Source: the human T2T-CHM13v2.0 reference genome, Homo sapiens
Reading direction: 5' to 3'
NCBI GenBank assembly: GCA_009914755.4
Contig: CP086569.2
Location: forward strand, 1,792,001 to 1,856,000
Length of the DNA stretch: 64,000 nucleotides
In this document: piece by piece, positions 60,011 to 64,000 of the stretch
Position numbering within the stretch: the first letter of the stretch is position 1
How the letters are laid out: each line of letters opens with the position of its first letter
The notes under the pieces: model-generated
Told to the model about the DNA's origin: nothing
Seen by the model: the letters and a program-made list of their open reading frames with translations, nothing else
Databases searched by the model: none
Made by a program: the position numbers and the translations under genes

Positions 60011-60690
60011 CCAGCCTGGATGTGGAGAAACAGGAACGCTTTTACACTGTTGGTGGGAGTGTTAACTAGTTCAACCATTGTGGAAGACAGTGTGGCGATT
60101 CCTCAAGGACGTTGAACCAGAAAGACCATTTGACCCATCAATCCCATTACTGGGTATATACCCAAAGGATTATAAATCATGCTGCTATAAAGACACATGC
60201 ACACGTATGTTTATTGTGGCACTGTTCACAATAGCAAAGACTTTGGAACCAACCCAAATGCCCATCAATGGTAGACTGGATAAAGAAAATGTGGCACATA
60301 CACAGCATGGAATTCTATGCAGCCATAAAAAAGGATGAGTTCATGTCCTTTGCAGGGACATGGATGAAGGTGGAAACCATCCTTCTCCAGAAACCAACAC
60401 AGGAAGAGAAAACCAAACACTGCATGTTCTCACTTATAAGTGGGAGTTGAACAATGAGAACACATGGACACAGGGAGGGGAACATCACACACTAGGGCCT
60501 GCCGGGGAGGTGGGAGGCTAGGGGAGGGAGAGCATTAGGACAAATACCTAATGTAGATGATGGGTTGATGGGTGCAGCAAACCACCATGGCACGTGCATA
60601 CCTACGTAACAAACCTGCACGTTCTGCACACGTACCCCAGAACTTAAAGTAGAATTAAAAGAAAAAAAAAAGAAAACAAGAAAAGAAAAT
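60011..60690 (+). mobile_element. L1PA-type 3' end (end of ORF2 plus 3'UTR), 5'-truncated
   Basis: …ggatgtggagaaacaggaacgcttttacactgttggtgggag…gggagttgaacaatgagaacacatggacacagggaggggaacatcacacac…gaacttaaagtagaattaaaag. Confidence 0.9.
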
Positions 60691-60825
60691 CATCCCAACC
60701 TGATACGGTATCAGGTTGCGCTGGTCATTTTATCATGTATCTCACTGGGATCTGAACTCATGCCAAGCTGGCTACAAGCCCCTCTGTGTGTAAGACACTC
60801 CCTGCAGCTTCAGGGAGGTCAGAAG

Positions 60826-60827
<2 letters not shown>

Positions 60828-60868
<41 letters not shown>
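60828..60868. repeat. (CA)n microsatellite
   Basis: (ac)20. Confidence 0.95.
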
Positions 60869-60869
<1 letters not shown>

Positions 60870-60980
60870 CCTGTATAGCTCCATCATCATCAAATGCCTG
60901 GAGGCTCCAGAAATGCGTGATGCCCCCAGGGTGGTCGAAAGACTCAGCCACGGGGCTCCAATTTCTGTTCCCTCCCCTAA

Positions 60981-61763
<783 letters not shown>

Positions 61764-62279
61764 CTTCCCTCCTTTTTATCTGGTCTCTCTACTCTCAGCC
61801 GCACCCCAACAGTTTGCCTTTCCTTCCTCACTGTTCATGCCTCGTGTTACCCTCAATTCCCAGATGCTTAGATGCCCTGTCCAAACTGGGCAATGTCAGT
61901 CCGCTGCTCCAGCACCTCCGCCTCCTCCGGCTCCTGGAATGAAATTCAGCCCAAGGCCCTGACATGCAGGGGTGACTCTTGGATTCGGCCACAGTGCCCT
62001 CCCTCGCTCCTGGAATCGCTACGTCAGTTCTTGCCTCGGGGTCTTTGTGTGTGCTGTTCCCTCTGATTGGAATACTCTCCTCTCACTACCCCCATATCCG
62101 TGTGGCCCTCACCTTCTCATCAAGAGGGTCTTTGGCTTCAGGGTCAACCCTTCCCTCACCTTCTCTCACCACTCTCTAGAAGCTTCTCTCCGGTACCTTC
62201 CTTCAGCTTTCTTCTTGGCTCTCAACATTCTCTGGCTATATTCATGTCTGCGAGTATGCCTACGTCTAATTCCACATCC

Positions 62280-63960
<1,681 letters not shown>

Positions 63961-64000
63961 ATGACCGTATCTATTTTACACCTGTTTCCGTATTCATCTC

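Overview
This window is primate, most likely human, genomic DNA. It is not a prokaryotic or compact gene system. About 60 Alu SINEs (roughly 27% of the window) recur on both strands. Many are young, AluY-like copies with intact target-site duplications. The window also holds L1 ORF2 and 3'-end fragments (older L1M/L1PB-type and younger L1PA-type). There are THE1/MST-type MaLR LTRs and one apparent solo ERV LTR inserted into an Alu. Long simple-sequence and minisatellite tracts are frequent. These include GA-rich expanded Alu tails, an 880-bp AT-rich block, a 1.1-kb CAT-rich minisatellite with 39-bp periodicity, a 33-bp minisatellite, and (GATA)n and (TATC)n blocks. I cannot support any protein-coding gene, exon or RNA gene from the sequence alone. 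Every long ORF in the six-frame track lies inside a low-complexity repeat or transposon-derived sequence. I found no evidence for the suggested novel biological system. What is unusual is structural: a high density of local tandem duplications of 0.07–0.7 kb, several inverted-repeat arrangements, nested transposon insertions, a probable L1 twin-priming inversion junction, and two short CpG-dense unique segments. All coordinates were read by hand and are good to about ±5 bp. Repeat family names come from my memory of consensus sequences, not from a database search.
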